DNA of 64,000 nt, from the NCBI GenBank assembly GCA_052426225.1, contig JBNJNM010000007.1:868001-932000 (forward strand), written 5' to 3'. The stretch comes from Zancudomyces culisetae HAW-14-8. Taxonomy: Eukaryota > Fungi > Kickxellomycota. The notes below the pieces were generated by a model, which did no database searches, was not told the DNA's origin, and saw only the letters and a program-made list of their open reading frames with translations. Shown in pieces: positions 1-10,740 of the stretch. Each line of letters begins with the position of its first letter. The stretch's first letter is position 1. Made by a program: the position numbers and the translations under genes.

Positions 1-1486
1 GAATTTTTTTTGATAGTAAAGTACTGTATATTTGGTATTTCGGTTATTAAAATTTTCAATATATACTTATATTTAAGTTCAAAGGTATTTAATAAAGTTA
101 AAGTGGTAATAAACTTTAGAAAGAACTAATGTAGAAGATTCCGCTTTCAGCACTTATTATTGACAAAATAATTGATTTCAATAGAACATGGAATCGATAC
201 AAAAAAAAAGGACCTCCCTTCCTTGTAGTTCATTGGAAGTGGCATAAATTATTATGCTGCAGCATCACTTTTATTTCCCGGACTTACACTGTTTGTGTAT
301 TCTGCCAATCATACACCTGCTGAATTTATATATATTTTTTGGATTCCTGTAGTTTCAGTATTGCAAACTATTTGGTAAATATAAATATTTGCGAGTGGAA
401 ATTAAAAAATACTATGTTTGATTGGCCTGACTTAGTATTTTACTTTAATGCATTTCATTTTCTCATCAACCATTAAGCAATTAGTACAGCGCCAGCATCA
501 AAGCCTCAACATCATAAATTTGCAATTTATAGCCCCCGAGTAAATCGCAAATAGATGTAGAAATGGTCCACAACCAGGTGGCGCAAAAAATAATAATAAT
601 AATAATAACTAGCTTCCAATAATAGGTGTGAAAGTGTAACATATTTGCAATGAATTGATCACTTTACAAATCAAAAGAGGATAAGTACATATTTGTTTAC
701 ACTCGAATAGAACACACGATTGTAATTGGAAAACGAGCACATAGAATGAGGTGTATTAGGAGCATCACTCGCTTTTCATTACGTATTTATGTATGCTCGC
801 TTTTGTGCGGACAACCTATTCCTACCCTCCGCATGTCTGGTCAAGTGGGTTATTAGCTTTGACAGATGCGATCAATTACTTTTCTTTGAGCAAAGACCAG
901 AAAAACAGGATGAAAATTCCCATTGACAGTGATGCTGTTGGGTGCTTGTTATATTTGGTACCTCTTCTCCGTCTTTATATCGAAGTAACCGGGAATGTTT
1001 ATAATGTAATTATCGCTGATATTTCGTGATTTAAATAACGCGTTCTTGCAAGACACATGCATTAACAAATTTGTCATTATTAAAGGAATATTTAGTAACT
1101 CTCCCATCTAAAAAAAATAAAGGAATGGGAAGAGATTGAAGGGTAGTATATTTGTAACTGTAAACATTATCACGCATAATTAAGACCAAATTAAGTGATG
1201 TAGTAATAATTATTGCGGCTAAACAGCTATAAAATCATAACCTGTTGATAAATGCTGAAAGAAAAACCAAAAAGATAATGGTGTATATTTTTTGCAACAC
1301 AATTCATAATTTTTCACATTTTAAATGATATTACAATTTGATTCAAATAACGCTGTCACTTGAAGCAAAGATAAAAATTTATACCAGTTATTCGGAGAGG
1401 GAGGGGTGATATTCTATTTATTAATAAAAAAGAATTAAGGGTCAAAAACTCTACTCTAATTATACAAGTAAAAACATACTTGAAGT

Positions 1487-1693
1487 TTAGACCATAGAAG
1501 AACTATCTGCGGGCGGAGTCCTAGTTAAAATGACGTATATAGCGTGGAGTACACCAGGGATAAAAAAGAAGATCGTTAGCAAAAGGTTCACCCAAAATGG
1601 ACATGTGAGTCCAGTTTCCAAAAATACCGCAAGGGGAGGAATGAAGAGCGCTATCAAGACTAGAATACCTTGGCTTAGTTTACTTGTTGCCAT
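1487..1693 (-). CDS. PMP3: PMP3/UPF0057 family plasma-membrane proteolipid
   Basis: 68-aa hydrophobic ORF with the family signature LIALFIPPLAVF...FWVNLLLTI...IPGVLHAIYVI. Confidence 0.92.
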   Translation of the reverse strand: MATSKLSQGILVLIALFIPPLAVFLETGLTCPFWVNLLLTIFFFIPGVLHAIYVILTRTPPADSSSMV

Positions 1694-3186
1694 TTTGAGA
1701 TAGATATGGTTTTACGGTGTTGTATGTAGGAATGGTTCGTTTTTTCGCTGGTCGATAGGTATGACGCTGTTATCTAGTTTGAAGTGTAAGTGTTAATAAT
1801 ATAATTCTTTTTTGATAATACCTTGGAGTCGATACTTTGAGATATATTTTAGTTGAATATAATACGACTGAGATAGAGTATCTCTAAACGTTAAGTGAAA
1901 TAGTAGAAAAAGTGTGCCAAAAAAATGTGTTTGGTTATATAACACTTTTTGTTTTACATTTATGCCTTACAAGATATATAAAATAAAGCAATTTTTGAGA
2001 AAGGGAGTGGGGTGCTGGGTCAACATTTGGCATACTAGAATGCTTGATATTACTTTTTTATTACGATTTGCAACCAGAATCATGTCAACAAGCTAATGGT
2101 GGGGATATAGATTGCATTTCGAGCAATATTCTTTTTTTAACCATCTAATTAGTTGGACCATTCCCCTGAACTAGTTCTCTAGCACTATACCCAGTTCTAG
2201 AAAAGAAAACTTTTTTTTTTGATCTTATGAATACTATGGAGTAGGTTTCGCCTATTTCAACATTCCAGAAATTGCAGATTATTAAAGCAGTTCTAATGTT
2301 TTGCTCTGGAAGAATTGACATAATAATAATAATATACATTTCGATACATATCCAATGATATTTGCAATTGAATTGGAGTATTAAAATAGTTCTATGATGC
2401 CATAACTGGAATAAACTTTTCTCCTCATTTTTCATTACAACAAACTTGATTATGTTGGTTAATGTTTATAAACAGCCACAAGAGAGAAATGTCCCGGCTT
2501 CCAAAAGAATAAATAATATATAATAAAACCTCTTTAAAGTGTGTATCAAACTATAAATCACTTTAAACCGGATTTCAACCTACCATACTTCCAACCCCAA
2601 AAGCCTGCCTGGAAGTAATTAGCATAGCTAAACTAAAAATATTTTTAAACAGTTAAAGCTGGATTGATCAGATTTGGTACACAGTTAAACGCAACTGTAT
2701 TTGTACAATTCATATGTTGAACTATCTGAACCGATAAAAAGTATTTGTCTACCAGCGGTTCTGTACTCATTTTCTTTTTTCATTATTTACATTTATTGTC
2801 GAAAAAAGTATAAAAACAGGGGTCCTATTTATAAGGACATATTTGAGCCAAAAAGCTATTTAATTTGTTGGTAAATTGGAAAAAAGTTAAAGAAATAATC
2901 AGGTATAGATGGGGTGCCTTGTCAATACATTTGCTCGTGTATCGCATTTACACAATTACCAATGTTTAAAGGGCTCTCTTTATTGTGGGTTGAAATAAAC
3001 CAAAAAGTTACAAATGCAGTATCATATCAATAAAATATACTACATAAAATATACAACGCTGTACCAAATAAATTATAAAAAGCCAGTTTAAGTACTATAC
3101 CACTACAAGAAATGTTTAATAGAATCACAAAGTTATTCAGTTTATTGTAGTATCTTAAAACATCAAAACTCAGTTAATCGAAATGA

Positions 3187-3633
3187 CTACTTTTGTTTTT
3201 TACTTGTATTCAAATGTAGCGAGATTTTCAATGATTTTTTGACTAGTACAGTCAAAAATAATATAAAATGCTCGACAAAAAACAAAACTAATGCCGTGGT
3301 ACGTATATCATAGTCATCCACTGCCATCAAGACTAATCTCACCAGCTTTAAAATTGTAATTAGCATGAGTGGATATACAATATTGCTATGTGAAAAAGTA
3401 CCACTGCTAAAAAAATAACTTATCCATAATAAAATTGCAGCTGTATGTATGATTTGAAACCCCAAATAGTTTTTTATCACAAGTAATACTAAGGCGCTGA
3501 CAAATAAACTACAGTCCACAAAAATGTCGAAAATAAATCCAATAGATTTCCTTGTCCATAAGCCTACTTTTTCGTCTTTGTTGCTATCCACAATATCATT
3601 GTTCTGTGTCAATATATAGAATTGTATCGCCAT
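3187..3633 (-). CDS. Hypothetical multi-pass membrane protein (148 aa, about 4 hydrophobic segments)
   Basis: Intact ATG-started ORF with several long hydrophobic stretches; no family recognised. Confidence 0.5.
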   Translation of the reverse strand: MAIQFYILTQNNDIVDSNKDEKVGLWTRKSIGFIFDIFVDCSLFVSALVLLVIKNYLGFQIIHTAAILLWISYFFSSGTFSHSNIVYPLMLITILKLVRLVLMAVDDYDIRTTALVLFFVEHFILFLTVLVKKSLKISLHLNTSKKQK

Positions 3634-5159
3634 AGTTGATGTATATGTTTACGCTTTAGTATAATAGAATAACTCCTACTGTTTACTTTTTCTGTGTTGA
3701 TTGTTATTAGATTTTAATGTATCAAAAGTAAATAAAGTGAGTTTTATTTTTTGAACCATGTATCAGGTGAAAAACAAATTCGTTTTATACTATTTCTCTG
3801 TATGATGATCATTTAAAAATAAATAAAATATACAAATAAACACATGTACTACCAAAATAGAGTAGGTAATAAATCGTCTGAAGTAAATAAAACTGCTTCC
3901 TAGTTTTGAAATCAGATGAACCGCGCCAGGTTAAAGCTGGATTGATTTTCAAACACTGCAATACCCAGATATCCTTCATTCCCGAAAGTGAAGATGATTA
4001 AATAACTGGAACTGTGTTGTGGTACAATCAACCAGTGGAGCCTAAAACCAATAAAAATCTATTGCAAAAAATGAATCATAAATCTTCAATGTTTTTGTAT
4101 AAAGTGTTTAAGCATTTAGTTCTAACTTCTACAAAGCATAATCAAAGTTTGGTAGGATGTAAATGACAGTCACAAGTAATTGTATAAAGAGAAAGAACAC
4201 GCGCGATCTCACCCACCCTCCTCCAAAACATACCTGCTCAAAAAGGGACTACTTGTGCAATAAAAGAGCCTTTGCGACCCCCAATTTGTCGAATTTCATC
4301 ACGGATCTGATTGGCCCAGAAATGATGATGATTATTATCCAAATTAATTACAAAGAACAACTATAATGACTTAAATCAATCATCGTCTAAGCACAAAGAA
4401 CCCCAATAATTAATATCATCTTAGCACAAAGAGCAAAATAGCTAATTACGTTATTGTACAAAGAACAAAATAATCTGAAGAAATGGATTTTGGTTTAATT
4501 TTATTTTTGTCATTCAGTAGCCAGTTGAAAAAAATAAAAAGGAAAGACAGAGAACATCGGAAACTGGAGAACAGGTGTAATAGGGGACTAAACCCAGCTT
4601 ATAGTTAGTAGTAGTTTTGCTTGTTTTTGGAATAGGAGTATATAGCTTGTAATTAAAATTGACATTTTTAGTAATAAAACATATTTTTTACTACAAATGA
4701 TTCATAATCAGGAGTCGAGCTGAATATTCTGGAGTTTCAATCTCGAATTCCAATTATTTATCCTATAATCGCTATTACAAGAGCTAATAAATGCATAGGT
4801 GGAGTACTACGGTTGTACTACGTGCTTACTGTAGTACTCTATGTATGTAAGAAAATGCCAAAAAAGTATGATAGATTGACTGATAAATACTTGCGATGTA
4901 ATATTATCCTCATTTTATTAGTAGTGAGTTTTCAAATTAAACGCCATACAATGACCTGAATGAGTATTTTTGAAAAGAAATGTAGATGGAATATACATAC
5001 AGCCGGTCTGTCATTCGTTCTTACTTTCAAAAGACTATTTTAAAGGTTTGAATTATCCCAGTAAAGCTATAAACAACAATAGCATATTAATGTAGTCAAT
5101 TATGCTAAAATACAATTTTATACAAAAACATTTACAAAGATACCTTGGCCATTTTTGTC

Positions 5160-5630
5160 ATTACAAGAAATGTTTAATAGAATTGCTATGTTATTCAGTT
5201 TATTATAATACCTTGTACATCAAAATAAAACCTGTAAGCAAAAAAGATGCACAAAACTAATTATTTTGAAACGCAGATAACCGGAATTCTGTCAATAATT
5301 TTCTTTATAAACTGATCAAGATAGTATATCTTAAGATTTATATAATAGTGTTGTATTTTTTGAACCATGTATCTGGTGAAAATCCAACTGGTTATATATT
5401 GTTTCTTGGCAATATAGTTTAACAAAATATAAATTATAAAACATGTGAGGTAAATAAGACTGTTTAATAAACTGTGATGATCAAATTAACGACATCAGTT
5501 GAAAACATGGTTGATTTTCATCTACAATGATGCCCCAATATCTTTCAATCTCAAGAGTGCGAGATGGTTAAGTAAGTGGATGAATTGTGGATTCATTCAA
5601 TCAGCAGAGAACAGAATCAATAAAATTCCA
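5160..5630. repeat. Degenerate tandem copy of the flanks of the 3187-3633 gene
   Basis: 5160-5225 matches 3103-3168 (ACAAGAAATGTTTAATAGAAT...GTTATTCAGTTTATT); 5356-5405 matches 3747-3797 (TTTTTTGAACCATGTATC.GGTGAAAA); 5498-5628 aligns to 3930-4058. Confidence 0.75.
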
Positions 5631-5927
5631 GTAAAAATAAGAATGATACCTCATTGGTTAGTTTTATCATTTCGTATATAAAGATATTTTAGTGCTTGTA
5701 TTTGGATATATTTGGAACATACAAAGTTCCAAATTAAAATTACGTAAAGAATGCTTATTTATACTTTTTTTTATAATACAATAAAACCAAGGGCAATAAA
5801 TAATTATTCCTATGGACAAAAGGGTGAATCAGAGATCTTCAAAGTCAAAAGATTAACCGTAAATCTCAACTGCTTATTCAGTTTGAATCTGATAATCTAC
5901 TTTTATCCGAGAAAAATCAAGAAAATT

Positions 5928-6000
5928 GCTTTGGTGGCTCAGTCGGTAGAGCGTGAGTCTCATAATCTCAAGGTCGTGAGTTCGAACCTCACCCAGAGCA
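5928..6000 (+). tRNA. tRNA-Met(CAU), elongator type
   Basis: Cloverleaf with GCTTTGG/CCAGAGC acceptor stem, anticodon loop CTCATAA, T-loop TTCGAAC, followed by a T-run terminator. Confidence 0.95.
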
Positions 6001-7059
6001 GTTACTTTTTGCTTTTTTTGTTTATCTTTGGTCAAGAAAATAACATTTAATCTTTTATATTATTTCTTTATATATTATTCCATAAGATGTTTTCAAAGAA
6101 GATACATAGTCATGAAATCATGAGTTTTAGTTTTAAACAAAGGAATTTACATTTTGCTGGCAAAAATTGTTTTGGTTCAAGAGAACAATGCAGATGTAAA
6201 AAATGTAATGGATTTCGTGTAAATTGCTCAAGTGGGTACATTATATTATTGGCCTTTAGTTGGGAAAAAAAAGATAGGCAAAAAGTTCAACAAGTTGGAG
6301 GGGGGTGGGGTGGGGATTAGGTAAAGTAGTATGGTAACAAGTACTCGAGTTGGCTTAGTAACTCTATCTGTATGATCCAGATTTATACTGCAGGTATTGC
6401 TGGAGATCAAATAACTTGTGGTGTTTTACCCATGTGATTCAAAAACCTAAAAATCATAGAATTGTTACTTGGAATATTATTGAAAAGGAGTTGAATGCCG
6501 AGAGTTTGAGTATTCCAAGGGTCACCAAGCAAGTTTTTATATTAAGGGGCAAAAAAGGTTTTGTGATACATCTGTCCCTTTGCTTCTCTGCCCACAGTAA
6601 TATTCGCTGGTCACAGCTAACATTCATTGTGGACAAGACCTCCAAGAACACAAGAGATATTGGGGGTTTTTTTATTTTTTTGGAAATATATTATTCCTTC
6701 ATCCATTTAATTTGATTTTTATTATAAATTATTTGGTAATTTATGAGATGGCAAAGAAAAGCAATTTTAATCATGGTGGTGGGGAGGAAGGAGTGAGAGT
6801 AGAGCTGGGATTTGTTTATGGCAATTCACTAAATAACAGAAAATTTTTTTTAGAAAAATATAAACAAATTTTAATGTTTACATTACGATTCGGATTATTC
6901 AAAAAATTGCGCGAAAAAAATTAGTTGGAATACACTTTGGTTTTAAACACAGGACAGAAAAAGTTTAAAAGTACAACAAATATATTGAAGAAAAAACAAG
7001 AAATAAATATAAAAAACAGAGATAGAAGAAAATAAATAACAAGTGTAGGAATTTGTATA

Positions 7060-10000
7060 ATGAGTAAAAGTGCTGTGGATACGTTTGTAGGAATCCCGGT
7101 GGAAATAGATAAGGATTGGCATGGTTCTTTGGGGACCTTGAAGATCCAAATTAAAGACAGCAAGCGAAACTGGGTGGAAATTTTACAGGAAAATGAACCA
7201 GACTGTAGAACTGAAGTGGCAGAGATTGAGGATGGAGGAGTGTTTGTAAATACAGAGCATCACGCCAGTAATTCTAGTAGCAAGGGATGGGATTTGGAAT
7301 GGCGAGTTATGAACAAGGGGCGAGAAATGGAATTTAGACGGTTCGGATTAGATTGCGATAATGATAAAGATAACGACAGTACGTCTAAAGATAATAGTGA
7401 AAATAAAATACAGTCTATTGATCAACAAGAACAACGACAGGAAGAAGAAGAAGAAGAAGAAAAAGAGGAGGAGGAGGAAGAGGAAAGAGAGCGAGAGATT
7501 TTATTTGGGTATGGAAGTAAGAATTCAAGTGTCAAGATAAAATTCGTATCGGAAACAAACACAGAAGAATACAGAAAAGAATCGATGGATATGGTAACGA
7601 ATGGAGCAAAAGGGCACATACTGTGGAGGGTGACAAGTAGCGGAACGGTGTACCAGTTCCGGTATTCAGAAACACACCGGTTATTCAGTAAATACACAGA
7701 GACTAATAACGACGATGCAAAAGATGAGGCAAGGTGGTATAATCGAGGAATTATATGTCGGTGTTATATTAAAGAACTTGCTGGGGTTTTCAAGAGTGGA
7801 AATGATAGAAGAGTAAAAATAGTTGGGGTAAATAGTGATAGTTGTATTGTGTTGATGGGGGAAGGTGAATACAGTGGATACAGTCCACGAGTTTTGTACA
7901 TAACAGGGTTTGATGGGCTTAATGGTTCGATTGAGGGAGAGAAACAACTATTTGGGTATAAAATTCGGGATTTGCAGGATGGTAAGGATATTAAGGTTGC
8001 TAAAGTGTTGATGATTAGCAATAGTAGAAAGGGCAATGGTGGTGATGTAAAGGATTCGAATGGATCTGTTGAGATGAATGAGGACACAAGGAAGAGAAAA
8101 GAGTATGAAGGTAGAAATCTAGATGTGGAGGTTGAAGTTGAAAAGGGTGAATCAAACGGATTGGTTAAGCGATTGAAGACAGGATTCATGACATTTCTGC
8201 AAGCAACGATAGTAGGGGATGGAGAAATGCAAAAGAATAGAGGTAGAGGTATGAATAATAGAGTTGGGCAAGGAGAAGGAAAAGGAGAATATGAAGAAGA
8301 GATTGAGGCGGCTGAGAGAGAGGAAGGGAATCATATTGTGGAAATAATGATTACAAGACAAAGGAAAGCAAAGACGAGAACGGGTGGTGAGCTTGATGAT
8401 GGGTTCAATATAATAGTGGTAAAGCGTAAAGGGGTGATGGAAGTGTACAGAATAGTGGTTGGTAGAGCAAGTGAGCAAGTATTGGCTGATAATAATAGCG
8501 AGTATAATGTGGCAAAAATTATGGATCAACAGCTTACGTATGAAAATGAACGAATTGAACGCATTGAGTTGACAAGTGTTAGTGGCAGTGGGAATATTCT
8601 AGGGTATATGGAAAGTATAGAGGATACAACAACATGTATAAATGGAGTAGAGAATAGAAATGGAGAGAAAGAAGAAGAAGAAGGAGGAGGAAGAAGAAAA
8701 TGTAGGAAGCAGTTTATAGTTGTGAAAGGATTTGGGATGAAGAGTGATAAAGTTGAAAAAGTACTAGATATGGAAGAGGAAAATCAAGACGATGATGATG
8801 ATGAGGAGGAGGAGGAGGAGGAGGAAGAAGATGGTGATGATTTAATGAAAATCGATACATTGAGTGTTGAAGAAATCGAGTACAAGTTGGGAACAAGAGG
8901 ATTGCTGCAAGGATATGAAGTGGAAGAAATCAAAGTTTGTAAGAGTCAAAAACAAAGCAAAGAATCGAGTGAATATATGGTAGTGACCAAATGGGTAAAT
9001 GTTAATGTTGATGAAGGAGGAGGAGCAGGAGCAGGAGCAGTAGTAGTGGTGGGATACTTCAACGGAGTAAACTGGCGACTGAGTGAATGGACGCGGGAGA
9101 TAGTGATTAGTGAGCAACACGGTGAGTTGCAGCCAGACAGGGATATTGAAAGTATGTTTAGATTATGTGATAAGAATGATAACTGCTATTACAGAAATGG
9201 AAATGGAAATGGAATGCTGGAGAGTTGGGAAGAGGAAAGAGTTATAGAAATGCGAATAGAATTACAACAAATAAGACAAGTAATAGAACAAAAGTTGCGT
9301 TCTAAAAGTGAGAAATGTGCTGATGAGTGGTATATAGACAAGGCCATGGTTGAATATATTGTCAAGATGGTGTATAAGGCTGGTGAAACAACAACGGCGG
9401 TTATTATTACGCGTGCTTTGGAAGTATTGGGATATGGAGCTGATCAGAATGAAAATGGAAATGCTATTAAAAAGTTGATTGATAATTGTGGGGAAGGAAA
9501 AGAAGAAAAGGAAGAAAAAGAGAAGGAGGTAATAGTAAACGAGATTGTGCAAGTGGTAGGACGAGCATTTCGTGAAAATTTTGTAGTTAATGGTGATGGT
9601 GATGGTGATGGTGATGGTGATGGTGATGGTGATGGTTTGTCTGTAGAAAATGTTGATGAATTTGTTTATGGAGAGTATCTTAAACTAGTAGTGTTGGTTG
9701 AAAGAATACTTGATGCCAAAGCTAGCAATTATGATGAACAAATAAAAATAAAAGAAAGAGAAAGAGAAAGAGAAAGAGGAGGAGAAAAAACTAGATTATT
9801 TATTACATATTGGAGAAATGGAGATAGCAGTAGAAAACAAATGATTATTGGAATGGTTGTGATTCCTAAAAACCAGACAAAAAGCAAGAGCAGTAAAAAA
9901 AGGTATTATTATCGGTTTTTGACAGATACAAGTCAAATTGAATACGCCATGTTTTACCCATTATGTAATTATATTACGATGCATTTAACAACATATGAGT

Positions 10001-10740
10001 TTGGAAGAAATAAGAAGGAAAAGAATGAAAAGAATAACAATAACAATGACAACAATGACAACAATGAATCGGATAGTACTGTACAGATTTTACATGCGTT
10101 ACGTCAACTTGATATTCTCAATTCTACTATTTACAAACTCTCTAATCCCTACTCTAACTCTAACTTTAATTCTGAATACTATTTTAATGGTTCAAACATA
10201 GTTGGTAATGGTAACGGTAATGATAGAGATCATTTAATCAAACTACGAGTAACACTCAGAAATGAAATTCACAATCATTTATTACAACCAAGATCAAAAC
10301 CACAACAACATTCAGTTAGAACCAAACGACTTGGCTGTATACTTGAAGACATTTACAATCGTCATGCTGCAGATATCAATATTGCAAACCAAATTATTGC
10401 ATCAACTCTAAAACAACCACAACAACAACAACAGAAAACAATATTTGATTTCAATCAACTCTTGTCCATATCCAATTCTCTCTTTTTCCAATCTGTTGTT
10501 ACAAGTCCGTTTATTAATTGTAATCAAAATAAAAGTATTTTAAATCTAATCCTATCCAACAAACTCAAACTACAACACCAACTACTCACTCGCCTAGTCA
10601 TTTCTCTGTCAACCTATCTACTTTTAAACTACCATTCTCATTCTCTGCACCATTTACTATCCTTTGGAAATCCCCAACTTTTCTACAAACCCCTTCACTC
10701 CATCTACTCCAAACTCTCCTTAATCCTCACTCAGAGATAA
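7060..10740 (+). CDS. 1226-aa low-complexity protein, possibly nucleoporin Nup160/Nup120-like
   Basis: Long intronless ORF; the N-terminal segment LEWRVMNKGREMEFRRF recalls the Nup120/160 propeller start (from memory); many E/D/G/N repeat insertions; family call is tentative. Confidence 0.45.
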   Translation: MSKSAVDTFVGIPVEIDKDWHGSLGTLKIQIKDSKRNWVEILQENEPDCRTEVAEIEDGGVFVNTEHHASNSSSKGWDLEWRVMNKGREMEFRRFGLDCDNDKDNDSTSKDNSENKIQSIDQQEQRQEEEEEEEKEEEEEEEREREILFGYGSKNSSVKIKFVSETNTEEYRKESMDMVTNGAKGHILWRVTSSGTVYQFRYSETHRLFSKYTETNNDDAKDEARWYNRGIICRCYIKELAGVFKSGNDRRVKIVGVNSDSCIVLMGEGEYSGYSPRVLYITGFDGLNGSIEGEKQLFGYKIRDLQDGKDIKVAKVLMISNSRKGNGGDVKDSNGSVEMNEDTRKRKEYEGRNLDVEVEVEKGESNGLVKRLKTGFMTFLQATIVGDGEMQKNRGRGMNNRVGQGEGKGEYEEEIEAAEREEGNHIVEIMITRQRKAKTRTGGELDDGFNIIVVKRKGVMEVYRIVVGRASEQVLADNNSEYNVAKIMDQQLTYENERIERIELTSVSGSGNILGYMESIEDTTTCINGVENRNGEKEEEEGGGRRKCRKQFIVVKGFGMKSDKVEKVLDMEEENQDDDDDEEEEEEEEEDGDDLMKIDTLSVEEIEYKLGTRGLLQGYEVEEIKVCKSQKQSKESSEYMVVTKWVNVNVDEGGGAGAGAVVVVGYFNGVNWRLSEWTREIVISEQHGELQPDRDIESMFRLCDKNDNCYYRNGNGNGMLESWEEERVIEMRIELQQIRQVIEQKLRSKSEKCADEWYIDKAMVEYIVKMVYKAGETTTAVIITRALEVLGYGADQNENGNAIKKLIDNCGEGKEEKEEKEKEVIVNEIVQVVGRAFRENFVVNGDGDGDGDGDGDGDGLSVENVDEFVYGEYLKLVVLVERILDAKASNYDEQIKIKERERERERGGEKTRLFITYWRNGDSSRKQMIIGMVVIPKNQTKSKSSKKRYYYRFLTDTSQIEYAMFYPLCNYITMHLTTYEFGRNKKEKNEKNNNNNDNNDNNESDSTVQILHALRQLDILNSTIYKLSNPYSNSNFNSEYYFNGSNIVGNGNGNDRDHLIKLRVTLRNEIHNHLLQPRSKPQQHSVRTKRLGCILEDIYNRHAADINIANQIIASTLKQPQQQQQKTIFDFNQLLSISNSLFFQSVVTSPFINCNQNKSILNLILSNKLKLQHQLLTRLVISLSTYLLLNYHSHSLHHLLSFGNPQLFYKPLHSIYSKLSLILTQR
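9592..9635 (+). repeat. (GGTGAT)n coding microsatellite encoding a Gly-Asp repeat
   Basis: About 7 tandem GGTGAT units; a (GAAAGA)n Glu-Arg run also lies at ~9752-9778. Confidence 0.9.

Noticed and set aside
4345-4470. CRISPR-like periodicity
   Set aside because: The repeat is only ~9 nt, the context is eukaryotic, and there are no cas genes
4802-4839. Inverted repeat GAGTACTAC...GTAGTACTC
   Set aside because: An isolated short hairpin with no target-site duplication or second copy; too little to call a MITE or RNA gene
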